Translations under genes and position numbers: made by a program
Shown here: piece by piece, positions 14,225-28,270 of the stretch
Layout of the letters: the number at the start of each line of letters is the position of its first letter
How positions within the stretch are numbered: the first letter of the stretch is position 1
Notes under the pieces: model-generated
Told to the model about the DNA's origin: nothing
The model's database searches: none
What the model saw: the letters and a program-made list of their open reading frames with translations, nothing else
DNA from: Flaccisagitta enflata
Taxonomy: Eukaryota
Direction: 5' to 3'
Length of the DNA: 64,000 bases
Assembly: GCA_965153355.1 (NCBI GenBank)
Contig: OZ231126.1
Coordinates: 2,294,001-2,358,000, forward strand

Positions 14225-14443
14225 CGGGGCCCCAGAAAAGCCGATGACCTAAGAAATTTGGGCCTTGTAGCTGGGATATGGGCCTTGGGACTGAGATTTG
14301 GGCCATGTGACTGGGATTTGGGCCTTGAGGCTGGGATTTGAATCCCAGCGGAAGGTATGGAAGAGAAGGAGGAGAAATTTTCCCATATGTGAATACATAG
14401 CCTATTCATGAAAACGACTGAAGTTATACCTATGGTCCTTTGT

Positions 14444-15460
14444 TACACTCTTTTCATTAAGTAAGGACAAAGTTTATAAGGACATGAAGCAGAAATTTTG
14501 CCAAAAATTAAGGACATTTTAAGGACAAAGCTCAGCCTCAGATTTGTAAAAAAAAAATTTAATTCATTTTTTGTATTGTTTTTACGCAGATTCAAAAAGA
14601 AATTATTTTATCTATTGAAAAATAACATTTTTTGTTTAATGACAAATTTTCTTTTTTTTAAAGTAGTAACTATCATATCTAATTTGTATTTACTCATGCT
14701 GAACATACTATCTAGGAAATAAGTTTGGCAACACCCTTAAAGAGAGATATCTCGACTTCTCGTTTAAAAAGTAAACAAAATTTATAAGCATTTTAATCTA
14801 CGTCAAAAAATCTGCAATCTAAGTCCAATCACGTTTCTGTGCATCAAACCGTTTAGAAATGCCATTAGTTTGAAATTGATCATATACTTTCAAAAATGGC
14901 AAAAAAGTAGGATTTCTTTTCTCTTCAAGCTTTCGATCTTTGAAACGCTCTCAAATTTTACCAAGAAATGCTGGGAACATGCAGATTACACTACTGGTCA
15001 GCACTTGAACTGTAATTTTATATTCTCATGGATTTTTAGACAAATTTTCAAAAAGCAGTAGCTCAATTTTACGCCCAAATGATCAAAATCTTCTGTTTTT
15101 CCTAAACCCACCTCTTAAATCCTCGAAGTTGTAATGAACAAACCTAACTCGCGGTCTCTTTATTGTATTGAGGATTGTTTTTCTCTTTTATTTTGGTTAG
15201 TATGAATACAAAAATAACAAAAAACAATCAGGTACATGAGTTTTGCGCATAAGAGGGAGAAAACACACTGTCAACCAAAACTGTTGTCAAACTTTTTTCC
15301 AAGGTAGTAAGTTTTTTTAATCCGTATAATTAATCAAAAGAAAATCATAGAAAAATAGTAAGGACACGCTAAGAACATTTCAGCCTTAAATTTGCAAAAA
15401 TTCAAGGACATCCCAGGCTCAGAAAAATTTTACTGGCCCTTAAAAACTGAAAAGAGTGTA
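14444..15460. mobile_element. Tc1/mariner-like MITE (TA-CACTCTT...AAGAGTG-TA)
   Basis: Terminal inverted repeats flanked by TA; same family as 26851-27677. Confidence 0.7.
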
Positions 15461-17306
15461 GTCGAAATTCTTCAAATGAGAAGGTGTTTAAAGAAATAAG
15501 TCGAAAGATTACATACACAATAATTCCATTACCACATCTTTAAATGCCCACGTGAGGCCATGAGGTAGCACTCTTTCTCTCGCCACCCCCTCCCCCTTCT
15601 CCTCCTAATTTACAACGATCAAAAAGTTTTTAGACAAAAGATAAACAAAAGCCACCGCCGTTGCTACTTCCCAAAAATCCCGCCACAGCAACCGAGCGCT
15701 CTCAACCACCAAACTAATATTCTAGAACAAAATGACAAAAAAACGCGCGCCTGTGATTCGTTGCCTTTGTTTTGCCAAAACAGTTGAGACTGTTTCTCCA
15801 CTGCTGATTCCCGTTTTGTTTTCTTTCATGGCTGCTTTCTGGGAAGAAAAGAAGCCACGCTGTTTTTCCTCAAAATCGACTCATTCAAAAAAATTTTTGC
15901 GATTATCTAAGCATTAGTGAACCTTGTCGGGAGATCAAGGTAAGTAATTGGAGTGATGTGATGATAGATTATTCCATTGATTCATCATGTGATTTCATTT
16001 TTGGTCATTTTAGTCACGTGCACTTAAGTGGTTCATACTTCTTATTTAAGATTGACTCTAGTGGGTTGATCATGTCATTTCTGAGTCAGTGTGACAGTCT
16101 GTCCGTTGGTCATTCTTCTACACCACAATTGTCTGTCCATCTGACACGCTTTTAGTAAATCATTCACCCTGATTTTATTCTTTTTATGTTTGATATTACA
16201 ATGATCTACGATCATTTCTTGCCTTTTCTCCAAAATTTTCGTTTATGGCCTCATGAACGGGCATATCGCTCGTTTCTTCATTGAGTTTTTAGGCCTAGAT
16301 TGATTTTTAAGCTGCAACGTCATTCTTCACTATGGCACAGCCAGTCCTTTCTTTGGTGGTGATCGATTATGTTACGTCAGTCCCTTTGTCTCTCATTTGC
16401 AAACATAGAAGTGCATTTTTAGGCGCGCCTACGTACCTCTGTAACTGGCCATACATGTCCGCTGGTTGGTCGGTCGGTCGGTCTGTCAGTAGGAAGGAGG
16501 TTGGTCTGTCACAAAAACGTTTCACAATCCACACAGCATGATTCTTTCGTATATTTGATCATCCTTTCATTCATTCATTTATCAATTCATTCATTCATTC
16601 GTTCGTTCACTCCTTCATTCATTCATTCATCCATTTATTCATCATTCATTCATGGATGAACGACAGTTGTTTATAGAATCATTTATTGATGAGAAACGTT
16701 CATAAAATGAAAAAAGCGATTATCAAGAAAAAAAATTTACTTTTCTTGTAATATTCGGTTTTCTCAAATCTCGCTAAGCAAAAGCTGTAACATGGGATTT
16801 TTCATAAACGAAAATTCCGCTTCCAAACGAAAAATCCATTGTAATTCGCACTCAATTCAGGGTGCATTTTATTGAGCCATTGCGTTGGGGTCTTGAACCT
16901 TGGAATTTGATCATGTGGATGGATATGCCCCTCGAAACATCAAAATTCGCATTTCTGTGACTTTTGTCCGTCGCGATCTGTTCGTCTGTCTGTTTGCATG
17001 TCTGTACGTCACTTTTTACTTCATTGGCAACTAATAATAAGCAAGCACTTTCACACGCAAAAGAATTGACGTGAAATCATAAAGAGAGATAAAGAATGAA
17101 GAAAAAAAAGGAAAGAAAGAGAAAATGAGTAGAAAAGAAGGTAAGAACAAGTGACGCGGGGTCACAATATCGTTGCGGACGGGTGGGCACGGGCATCCAA
17201 ACTTTATCCTCACACACACACTAAAAAGCAAGACAGTGAGACAGACAGAGAGAAATGTAGAAAAAGCTGCAATGTATCGACAACAACAACAACAACGACA
17301 ACGACA

Positions 17307-17347
<41 letters not shown>

Positions 17348-17651
17348 AAGGACTACAACAACAATGAAAATAGAAATACCATTAACAATATATATTAAAA
17401 TAAACGGCATAAAAAGTAGCGGCGGCATCCGTGACAGCAAACAACATCTACAACAACCACGACAACGACAACGACATAAATCACCGACCCGGTGGCGCCG
17501 CCCAAGTGGTGGGTCGAGTGGCCTTCATTAGAAGCCTACAAATCGCGCTCAATAACTGCCTGGTGATTTCCCGGGTTAACAACAACAACATAAACATAAA
17601 TCACCCACTTCTCACCCCCCCCCCTCTCCCTTTTCCTTTTTTTCTTTTAGG

Positions 17652-18387
17652 ATGGCTACTTCCCAGAGTTTGTTGGGCCTCGTGTCTCAGCTTCATAACA
17701 TGGATGAAGTTGTCAACACAACTTTGATGGAGTTGGCGCTAAAACTGTCCTCACTCACAGACGCCAGCATTTTTCTGTTGGTTGAGACTCAAGAAGGGAG
17801 AAGATTCGCGGGAAAAAGACATCTCTGTGACGCGTAAGTTGTTGTTTTTGTTGTTGTTATTGTTGTTGTGGTTGTTGTTGTGGTTGTTGTTGTGGTTGCT
17901 GTTGTTGTCTTCACTCGCTGATGTGTGTATTTTCCTGCACATAGAAACGCAAGGGAGATGATTTGTGGGGAAAAGACGTCTCTATGATACGAAAGTTATG
18001 GGGTAGTTGTTGTTGTTGCTGTTGTTGTTGTTGTTGCTGCTGCTGTTTTTTTTTGTTCTTTTCTTGTTTATGTCGGTAGAAATAAAGGGAAACGATTCGC
18101 CGAGAAGAGGCATGTCTTTGACGCTTCAGTTGGTTGGAAGTGTTTTCGTTGTTAATGTTTCTGTTACTTGTTGGTGTCGTTGTTGTTTTGTTGTTATTGT
18201 GATTGATGTTGTTGTTGTCGTTACCGTTGTAGAAAGGGGTGAGGATAGACTCTTCGCCAGGAAATGATATCTGGTATTCGGAAGGTGTTGTTATTTTTGT
18301 TGTTGTTGTTGTTCTCTAGTTGTCGTTATCTTCATTCTTTCCTTTTACCAATAAAGGCGGCTAATCGCCGTAGGAAAAAAGTCGTAA

Positions 18388-18472
<85 letters not shown>

Positions 18473-19670
18473 TGACGGACAGACAGATGACGGACAGACA
18501 GATGACGGACAGACAGATGACGGACAGACAGATGACGGACAGACAGACAGACGGACAGACAGACAGACGGACAGACAGACAGACGGACAGATGGATGGAC
18601 AGACAGACAGAGAATGAGACAGAGAGAGAAAGAGAGAGTGAGAATGCTTGTGTTTCCACTTTTGACTTGATCACTATGGATAGACTGATGGACCAATAGA
18701 CCAACGGATGGACTGATGGACAGATGAACAAAGCCTCTTATAGATTCCACGACTAAAAGAGAGAGAGACTTTGCTGCCAGCATGCACAATCATCATCTGG
18801 GATAATTTGAAGTTCAAATAGACTTCAATAACTTAATTCTTAAATTTTGGGAAAAATGCGAAAAATGTGAAAAATAAAAAAAGATTCAGAAAATCATAGC
18901 TCCGAAACTATCAATTGCATAGAATTCTGCTTATTGTCATCTGAAAGAGGAGATTTAGCTCTTTCTTAGCTATTAATTTCATGCGTAGCACCATTCGAGC
19001 CCAAAAAATGATCAACTTTCTCAAACTCCCCATGAGAAAAAGGGAATACAACATCAGAAATAAAAGATAGTTTTGAACAATTTCCTTTCTGTTTTTCTAG
19101 TCCTGGCGCTTTGAAATTAGATATACTTGCCCAATTGAGCTCACGATTAGAATTCCAATTCAGCATATTGTTCTGCACTATTAGGACAGCGGTCCTAATT
19201 TTTCTCTTTTCCGTTTAGGTAATAACAAAATATGAAAAAAAGATCTGATGAACCTATCAGCTAGTGGATAAGGAGGTTATCTTGGCAACAAGCCCGGGCG
19301 ATTTTGCCTTTTCTTTAACAATACAATACACTATACAATTTTTCAAAGTATTGGGCCAATACAATACAATACCAATACAATACAATATCTTAAAGAATTG
19401 TACCCAATACGTAACAATATTTTACTTCACTTGATAAAAAATCTTTGTTGAATCTTAAAAAGATAGTTGGAGCTTTTACTCATTTTTTATATGCTTGATC
19501 AAAAAAGAATTTTTGAACATTTTTCTTAACTTTCATATATCGATATTTTTTTTCATATATTTTTTATCTTTGCTTGTTTAGGTAAGTCTCTTTGTCTTTA
19601 TTTGTCCTTGTGTGTCTCTCTTTCTCTCTCTTTTTCTTTTTCCCTTTTTCTCCGTCTTTATCTCAATCTA

Positions 19671-19757
<87 letters not shown>

Positions 19758-22426
19758 CTCTCTTTCTCTCTCTCTTTTTCTCTTTCTCTCCCCTTGAGTG
19801 TACTGACCCAGGATTAGCTCTGAGGGAAAAGTGATCTTTCCTCCTCCTTATCCTCTTCATGTTCCGGACCTCATCCTGTTCTTCTTTACTTTTTTCTGCA
19901 CTTCTTAAAAAATCGATCTCCTATTCTCCTCATCCACCTTACTTTATCCTCTTCTTCTTCCCTACTTTTACTTTTCATCAGTGTGTTTGGCCTTCCAAAC
20001 TGGTCCAGTATTTTTTTCAAAAAAATTGTTGTATTGTATTGTATTGGGAAAATAACAATACCCAAAGTAAGTATTGGGTAAACCCAATACATACAAATAT
20101 TGTAAATACAATACAATACCCAATACGAATCGCCCGGCCTTGCTTGGCAACGAGTGTGGGAGCTTTTCCCCAATGCTTTTCTTCGCGGAACACAAAAAGT
20201 CTTCGAATCTTCGAATCTCGACTTTTACCAAATTATTCATAGCTAGTCATCATTTTTCATCTTCTTTATCTTCATCTCATTCATCTCATTCGTTATGGGG
20301 CCCGTGGCCCGAGAGCAACCATACCTGTTCTCTTCTGCTTCTTAAACTTTTTTTCTTTTTCATTAGAGATCAGTTGGTTTTTAACCTTCCCCCCCCCCCT
20401 TCTTCCTCAGCTGTAAACCTCCGCCGTGTCAGCAATTTGCACTGAGTTACCTTTTTATCTTTCTCCTATTTCCAGTTACACCCGCAACTGTTTGAGCCCC
20501 CTGGCCACGGATGTCGAGTTGGAGTACGATCCAACTGTCAGCACTCTGCATCATCGACCCTCCAAGACGTCGTCAAACGAATTCTTCGCTCCGAGTCTCT
20601 TCGAAAATCAATCGCCGCTTCAGCATCATAACCAGCAACAACAGCACCACAACCAGCTTCAACAGCAGCATACTCAACAACAGCATGGACGCAACTCGTT
20701 GTCGAAATCGCATCTCAACGACCGCAAGAGGCCCCTCTCGCGATCACGATCTCCTTCAACGCAGCATCAACAGCAGCATCAACAACAGCATCAGCAGCAG
20801 CAGTTGAAGCGGCAGAGGCTTTCTCAGGATGAATTCAAGAATTGCCACGTCAAGCGAGAAGGCGGGAAATCGGGGCAAGAGGAGGAGGAAGTGAAAGTAG
20901 AGACGTTGACGGACGCCGACATTCGGATGGATCGGAGTGTCGGCGGCGACGACGCTGACAATCATGATGACAATCGTGATGACAATGATGACGACATCGT
21001 CGTGGAAGATTTTCGATCTGCAAGGGCTCATGGGGATCACGATGTCGGCGATGGTTGCGGTGGGAGCGGCAATGGTAGGGAGAATGGTGGCGGTAGTGGT
21101 GGCGATAGAAGTGGTGATTATAGCGGCAATAATTCGAGCCTCGCGCTTTCGTTGTTTGAGGGCGGTGGCGGTAATGACGTCAGCTTATCTTCGGCGGCGA
21201 CATCCATCGGTCACGTGAGCGGGATTTTCGACAACGACCCTAAAAGATATCCCAATAAACTGTCGGCTTTGGAAGGGTTTTCGTTGCCCGAGTTGGCCGG
21301 AGAACATCCGGTCGCGTCCAAGATCTTCAAATCCTGTTTGTACGATTTCGCCAAAACCGTCGCCTCGGATTTTGTGGCGTCTTTGCATGGTGAGAGCTTG
21401 CGTTGTTGAATTAATTACTTTGTTTTCCGACTGCCCTTCCCATAGTCATTGCTGTGTAGCTTGATCTCTGGCTCCCAGCGGTTTTATTTTGTTTTGTTTT
21501 GTTTTGGTTTTTGCTTTGTTTGTTGTTCTTTGATTACGTCGTTTTTATTGCAATGAAATTGCGAAATAACTATGGCAAAAAAAAAAAACCGAACAGTTAC
21601 TTCTTTTGCTCATAAATCCTTTGAAATTTCACCCAGTGTGCTGAAATTTTTACTGAAGTTACTTTTTGTCCCCGACGAACAGTTTTCGTCGGGTGACTAT
21701 GAGGTAGCCTTGATCGTGTAAGTCTGTTCGTGGGTGGGTGAGTGGGTGAGTGGGTGAGTGGGTTTAAGACCTTCTCATATCTTTGGATCCAGACTTCAGA
21801 TTTTTATGAAACTTTGCTGGTGTTGTTTATAGGTCAATAGGAGCTTGTGTACCAATTTTCAAAAAAATTCATAAACTTTTACTACCCTTTGCCTATTATT
21901 TTTGTAGTAATATTTAGCTGGGACTTAAGTGGTTTACATAGGTAGAGGGTAGTAAAAGTTTATGAATTTTTTTTTAATTTGGTATACAAGTAGAGGGTAG
22001 TAAATAAACAACCCCTGCAAAATTCGAATTAAATCTGAAGTCTGGTTTAGGAGATATTAGCTTATTTATGTAGTAATATATTACTAGGACTTAGGCAGTT
22101 TACATAGGCAAAGGGTAGTAAAAGTTTATGAATTTTTTTCTAATTTGGTATACAAGTAAAGGGTAGTAAATAAACAACCCCTGCAAAATTCGAATTAAAT
22201 CTGAAGCCTGGTTTATGAGATATTAGCTTATTTATGTAGTAATATGTTACTAGGACTTAAGCAGTTTTCATAGGCAAAGGGTAGTAAAAGTTTATGAATT
22301 TTTTTAAAACTTAGTAAACAGGTAAATAATGTCAATTAAACAGCTCCTGTAAAATTCGATTTAAATCTGAAGTCTGGTTTATGAGATATAAACTTATTTA
22401 TGAAGTAATATATTACTGTTGTGGGA

Positions 22427-22520
<94 letters not shown>

Positions 22521-24509
22521 AGAGAGTGAGTGTGTGTTTTTTCTTCCCGTGGACTGTTTTAAAAACAGATATTGCTAATATTGCATAAAATAACCCATGC
22601 CATTCCTCTAAAAAAAGGTTTGCCGTCAAGGACTCCAAGGACCAAGGTTTGCCTTCTTGGACTTCAGTGTTTAATGTTCAAGGTATGCCGTCATGGACTT
22701 TAAGGTATGCCGTCATGGACTTTAAGGTATGCCGTCATGGACTTTAAGGTATGCCGTCATGGACTTTAAAGTAAGCATGCCATCATGGACATCAATCATT
22801 TTTTCAAAAAAATTTTCTAAATTTTTTTTGAAATTTTTTTTTGAAATTTTTTGAAAAAAATTTTTTTTTGAAATTTTTTTTTTTTTGAAATTCTTATTTT
22901 TTTTTGAAATTTTTATTTTTTTTTTTTTGAAATTTTATTTTTTTGAAATTTTTTTTTTTTTTTGAAATTTTTTTTTTTTTTTTTTTTTGAAATTTTTGTA
23001 GTGTATCTTCTCGAGTCGCGTTTACGCGACGAGAAAGCTTCAAAAATTACAGTCCCCAGTCGGGGACTGTAATTTTGAAGCTTTTTAGTATCATTAAGCA
23101 TCACTGAAAAAATCAATGACCTGCTCTAAATAGTTTGAGAATTATAGATTTTTTAAAAGTGCTTGTCAGAAGATAAGAAATTCAATGTACACACATAAGA
23201 ATTTACTAAGAATGAATAAACAAACTTAAAAAAAACATACTAAATCTAGTCCGATTTTGATGAAATTTGAAGTGGAAGTAGACCACATTGTTAGCAGGCT
23301 GTGATAAAAATTTCATTACAAAACTCCGATTATTTTAGCAGAAACAGCAAGTTTTCTAAAACTTTTTTTGTGGTTTTTAGAATTAGGTAAATAAAGATGA
23401 AATCTGAAATATAAATTGATGCTAAGGCCAGAGTTTTTTACCAATTATCATGATTTTTTAACTGGGAACTTTTGTATATATGATTCATCTCCAGTAAAAT
23501 TTTTGTGAATATTGAAGCACTTTTAGTCCCCCAAATTGCAAAAATATTCTAACAGGTAGCAAAATATTACTTATCCTGAGCAAGCTTACAATCAACCAAT
23601 ATCTACCCCACTAGACTTTATCTGAGTAGATGCGAATTTTGCCTAGTATTAGTAAATATTACCATCAGACTACAGTTCAAAAATCATGACAAAACTCCCA
23701 AAACTTTTTGCACAATGCCAATTTTACAAAAATGGTATTATTTTGATTTAGGATAAACATCATCTCTGGCAGTCCAAAAAAGAAGTGACTTCAGTAAAAA
23801 CGTGATAACGGCTTAAGTTTTCAACGGATTTTGATGAAATTTTAACCAGACATAGTCCATATCATGGTTATCATTCACTGTAAATTTTATGCAAATTGGT
23901 CAACATCTTCATACTTTTTTGCTCTCTCAAAAGTTGTTCGGTTTTTTTTTTGCCATAGTTAGTTCATGCTAGCTAATTTTGCTGGTTTCTACATCATCGC
24001 CTTGCAATTAATTACTTTTGAATCTGTCTTGCAACCAGCAAAATCGACAGGTCTCCTTACAGAATCCTCCTAACAGAATATATAAGGACCAAAAATGAAA
24101 AAAAAAGTCGACAAAAACAACATTTTGATTCCTTTGAATGTCATGCTAATTTACTTTTTTTTTTAACTCTGAACCAGGTACCGGCAAGCCCTACGTTCCC
24201 GCCGACGGCAATGTATTCATTCGTCAAAAGTTCCAACTCTGGACTCGTCAACATCCTCTCATCCAAAATGTCTACGCTTCCGGTATGAAGCTGAACTCGA
24301 AGCGACCCGACGGGAACAGCGTCAGCAGCGACAGCACCTTATGGAACTACGTCAGGAATGCCTTCAGCATCAATCTTAAGAGACAATTGAGGATCGCCTC
24401 CTTCAAGAATACAGAGGAAGTATATGTCGGTGGATTTGGGCCGAATGGTGGTGGCGGTGGTGGTGGTGGTGGAAGTGGTGGTGGTGGCAACGGAGATATC
24501 TACAAATAA
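17652..24509 (+). CDS. 475-aa protein with a truncated MADS/SRF-like N-terminus, Q/H- and G/D-rich linker and an unassigned C-terminal domain (3 coding exons)
   Basis: Exons 17652-17833, 20476-21389 and 24178-24509 with GT-AG junctions (GC|gtaagt, tccag|T, G|gtgaga, accag|GT) that join in frame; total 1428 nt. A likely 5'-UTR donor lies at 15940 (AAG|gtaagt). LMELALKLSSLTDASIFLLVETQEG resembles SRF IMKKAYELSTLTGTQVLLLVASETG. Confidence 0.75.
19289..20142. mobile_element. hAT-like MITE in intron
   Basis: TIR CAAGCCCGGGCGATT / AATCGCCCGGCCTTG; 8-bp TSD CTTGGCAA (19281-19288 and 20143-20150); subterminal CAATA repeats. Confidence 0.85.
21567..23961. mobile_element. TIR element in intron carrying a nested Helentron-like element
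   Basis: TIR TAACTATGGC(A)nCCGAACA / TGTTCGG(T)nGCCATAGTTA. Nested ~21663-23075 element has subterminal GTCCCCGAC/GTCGGGGAC, a 3' hairpin AAAATTACAGTCCC...GGGACTGTAATTTT, ~178-bp tandem units and a 22-bp AAGGTATGCCGTCATGGACTTT array. Confidence 0.7.
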
Positions 24510-25302
24510 TTGCAGACCCTCGTTACAAACATTCCTCTCTCTCTTTGATGCTGTGTTGGTGTTGCATGTTGGTTGAATCCTGATTTCATTAATTATTGCT
24601 AATTGCTAAGCTCGACAAGTTTGGATCACACAAAATTGACTCTTCATTGAAAAGCATTTTCTGTAGAAATGAAGATTTTGTGATTTTTCATCATTCTGAC
24701 AAAACCTAGTTCTGATTATGTATTTGGACATCAAAATGTTTTCATCAATATGCAAATTTATTATTCGTTGGCAGGCCTGTATATAGGTCCAGGGGTTAAA
24801 ATAATCAAAGGGTTTGAGGATGGGGCAGATAATCTAAGGGGGGGGGGGAAGGGAAAAACAGCAAGTTTAGGGAGAAAAAAAATTGGCAGGACCAAATCAT
24901 TAAAACTGATTAGTAAAACTCAATTTAACACTATATTAACCTTGAAAAAAACACTATTTTGTTGTTATATGGGGAAGAAATTCATAGATTTTGTAACAAG
25001 TTGAAAGGCACGGGGGGGGGGGTAAATAAATCAAAGGTCATGGAACTATATACACCCCTAATTGTCGGAGATCCGCTTTAAATTCATTTTTTCACTCTTT
25101 TTTTGTCAGTTTTTTTTTTTCGTTTCAATCTGGAAAAAATTTGCGTTGGTACGTTTTCAATCGATAATAGAACTTCAGCTAACTGATATCAAATTTGCGT
25201 TGGTACGTTTTCAATCGGTAATAGAACTCCAGCTAACTGATACCGAAAATTAGCTATTTCGCAGGAAGCTTGAGTAGATCCCAAGTAGAAGTGGGGAATG
25301 AA

Positions 25303-25728
25303 TACACTCTTTTTCTTTATAAGAACCTAGTTTATAAGAACATCAAGGCTTCAAATAGCCTTAAAATTAAGAACATCTTAAGAATATATAAAGGCTTCAA
25401 ATCTTGAGAAAAAAATTTCACCTACGATAATTTTTAAAGAAAATTAAAAAAACTAAAATTTTAGCATGATCAAGATGATATTTTATAATTTTTGAATATA
25501 TATCATGAAAATATCTCTAAACTTTTATGATTGGCATTTGTTTTAACAGTATTCAATAAAAGTATATTTAGTATAATTAAGTAATAGTATTTTATAAGGT
25601 TTCTTATAGTTTATATAGAATCTAAAATTAAAAACGCTCTAAGAACGTTGAAGGCTTCATTTTGCTTTGAAAATAAAAACATGAAGCCTTTGAAAAAAAA
25701 TGACGTTCTTATAAAAAAAAAGAGTGTA
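25303..25728. mobile_element. Tc1/mariner-like MITE
   Basis: TA-CACTCTTTTT...AAAAAGAGTG-TA; highly similar copy at 38279-38709. Confidence 0.8.
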
Positions 25729-25982
25729 GTTTGTTTGGTCGGAAAAAAGTCTTAAGTTATGAAGAATCTTCGAATATTGTTTGAAAAAAGTAAAAGTTTT
25801 TCGAATTTTGTTTGGATAAAATTCAAAGTTTTGAAGACTCATAGAATTTTTTTGGAACTGCAAAAGGCGTTTGAGCAAGTTGCTATATTTGGGGCTCAAC
25901 CGCTCAAAATGAAAATTCTGTATGAAATTTTGGGGTTTCGACCGTCTTAGAAGGCGCCAAGCCGAGATCAGTGCGATCAATA

Positions 25983-26149
25983 TTTTTAGTTGCGGACACG
26001 CAACTCTATAAGAGGCTTTGTCCGTCCGTCGGTTGGTTGGTCGGTTGGTTGGTCGGTCGGTCCGTGGTGAGAGTTGAAAAGTGGGAAAACGCGCATTTCT
26101 GCCCCTGCCCACCCGTCCGCAACTGATGGCCGTGTATCCGGCCTTGTTT
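25983..26149 (+). mobile_element. HINE-like element (complete)
   Basis: TTTTTAGTTGCGGACACGCAACT...GTCCGCAACTGATGGCCGTGTATCCGGCCTTGTT; further copies at ~26302-26599, 30659-30869, 33034-33219, 34377-34549, 35553-35729 and 36218-36457. Confidence 0.8.
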
Positions 26150-26242
26150 TAGTTAAAAACCAAACTGGATCATTTAAACATGCATATCAATTTTTTGCAT
26201 TAAGCCTTTAACTCTGATCATTTCTACTTAATTTTGTAGAAA

Positions 26243-26280
<38 letters not shown>

Positions 26281-26850
26281 TATGAGACAGAGAGAGAGTT
26301 GAACAAGCCCGACCGGGCAAAGATGCGTCCGGACTGTGTCTCTGCGTGTATTGATCATTTGACATATACGGAGAGACAGATGGACGAACAGACGGGTGAA
26401 ATGATTGAGTAATAGAGGAGGCTCTCAAAACATGCTGGTTGATCATTTGTTTCAGTGTAGGATCTCACCGTGGCCAAAAACAGCCGAGAAACGCGGTTTT
26501 TGCACAGGCGTAACGGACCGACCGACCGACGGACGGACGGACCGACCGACGGACGGACGGACAAACCCTCTTATAGAGATGCGAGGACGCATCTAAAAAG
26601 GTGTTGCAATAGAATACAATATGATAAAAGATGTCACACCACAACTCAGCTTCCAGAACATTTTTAGGTGCGCCATAGCACCTCTATAACTAGCTCTGTC
26701 TGTCGGTCGGTTGGACGGTTGGTCGGTCACGCTCGAGTTAAAAATCTGGAAAAGAAGCAAAAATCAATGAAAATTATTCAGAAATATGCTAGGATGACCA
26801 GACATAGCTCGGGATAGGTCTGATAGAGCTAGGGATAGGTCTGATAGAGC

Positions 26851-27677
26851 TACACTCTTTATTTTGAGTAAGGACAAAGTTTATAAGGACGTTGAGGCTG
26901 AGATTTAGCCAAAAATTAAGGACATTTTTAGGACAAGGCTCAGCCTCAGATAAGACCTCAGCAAAAATCTTCTTTCAAGTGAGATTCTCAAATTCGGCCT
27001 CGGCAAAAATTTTCTCTCAAGCGGAAGGGTCAAGCTGTTCTTTTGTTTTGGTTGCAGGACTTTAGTTACCCAACAGAGTCATAAGAACCTGCTTTATATT
27101 GAATTATTGATATGTGTTTTTAGTTTGAAAAGCAGGCCTGTATATAGTTGAGCATTCCCCCCCCCCCGGCGGGGGGGGGGGAATAAAATCAAAGGGTTTG
27201 GAGATGGGGAAAAAAATCAAAAACTTGAAAAATAGTAAAAACAAAATTTTTGAAGATTCAACACTTATGATAGTCTCAAAAGGTAAAATTTGATTACTAC
27301 AACACATTTTAACACCATTTAAACTTATAATATACTGTTTTATTGCTTTGTAGGGCAGAAAATCCTAGATTTTGTATCGCAACGCAACGCGTCGCGGGGA
27401 AGAAAATCAAAGGCAGGGGGGAAATAAAATCAAAAGCCACTCAATTATATACACCCCTGTTGAAAAGTTTATTTTCTTTCAAAACCAATTTGTCATATCT
27501 ATTTTCTTTTATATTATTTAGTTAGGTAAAGTTACATTTGACAATAGTTAGATACTTGCTTTGCCAAGAAAAAATTAAGGACATTTTAAGAACATTTCAG
27601 CCTCAAATTTTTGATAATTTAAGGACATCCGAGGCTCAGAAAAAATTTACTGGTCCTTAAATAAAATAAAGAGTGTA
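26851..27677. mobile_element. Tc1/mariner-like MITE with nested hAT-like MITE (27133-27459)
   Basis: Outer TA-CACTCTTTATTT / AAATAAAGAGTG-TA; inner element flanked by 8-bp TSD TTGAAAAG. Confidence 0.8.
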
Positions 27678-27681
27678 GGGA

Positions 27682-28270
27682 TAACAGGGTGAGCAAAAAA
27701 TTTCGTGCTTGCTCTATAGCATGAAAACCATACTTGTTACGGGAGTTATGGGTTAAAATTTGAACCAGAGTATCTCAGTTAGCCATACTAAAAGTAGTCA
27801 CTAAGAACATCTGATATAATTTTCAAACATGGCCATGAAATGTACTTGAGAAAAAAACAGGAAATCAGATTTTGACATGATTTTATTTGCAGAGCTGCGT
27901 TTATTCAAAAATGAAGGTTTTTTCAACTTTATTGGCTTCTAGATGGATTCTTTAAGAATAAATGTATCAAGGGGAGTTAGGTAGGTCATCTAGGAGGGTT
28001 TTCAGTCAACAAAAGTAATATATCAGTCAAACTTAGACCAGAGATAAATGTTTTTTCACCAAAAAAATAAATCTTTGGTGACTTTTTATTTACATCCCTG
28101 TTGGTCTAAAAACCTATTCCGCTGTCTACCATTCATCATTTTCCTTTCTTAAAGTTTGAAAAATAACCTATTTTTCAATTCTGAACATTAATTCTAAAGA
28201 ATTTCTCCAAATCAAGGTGTCTTTTCTATAGATTTGATGGCTAGTACAAGATTTTTTGCACACCCTGTTA
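27682..28270. mobile_element. TIR MITE (CAGGGTG...CACCCTG)
   Basis: TAACAGGGTGAGCAAAAAAT / ATTTTTTGCACACCCTGTTA inverted termini. Confidence 0.65.
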
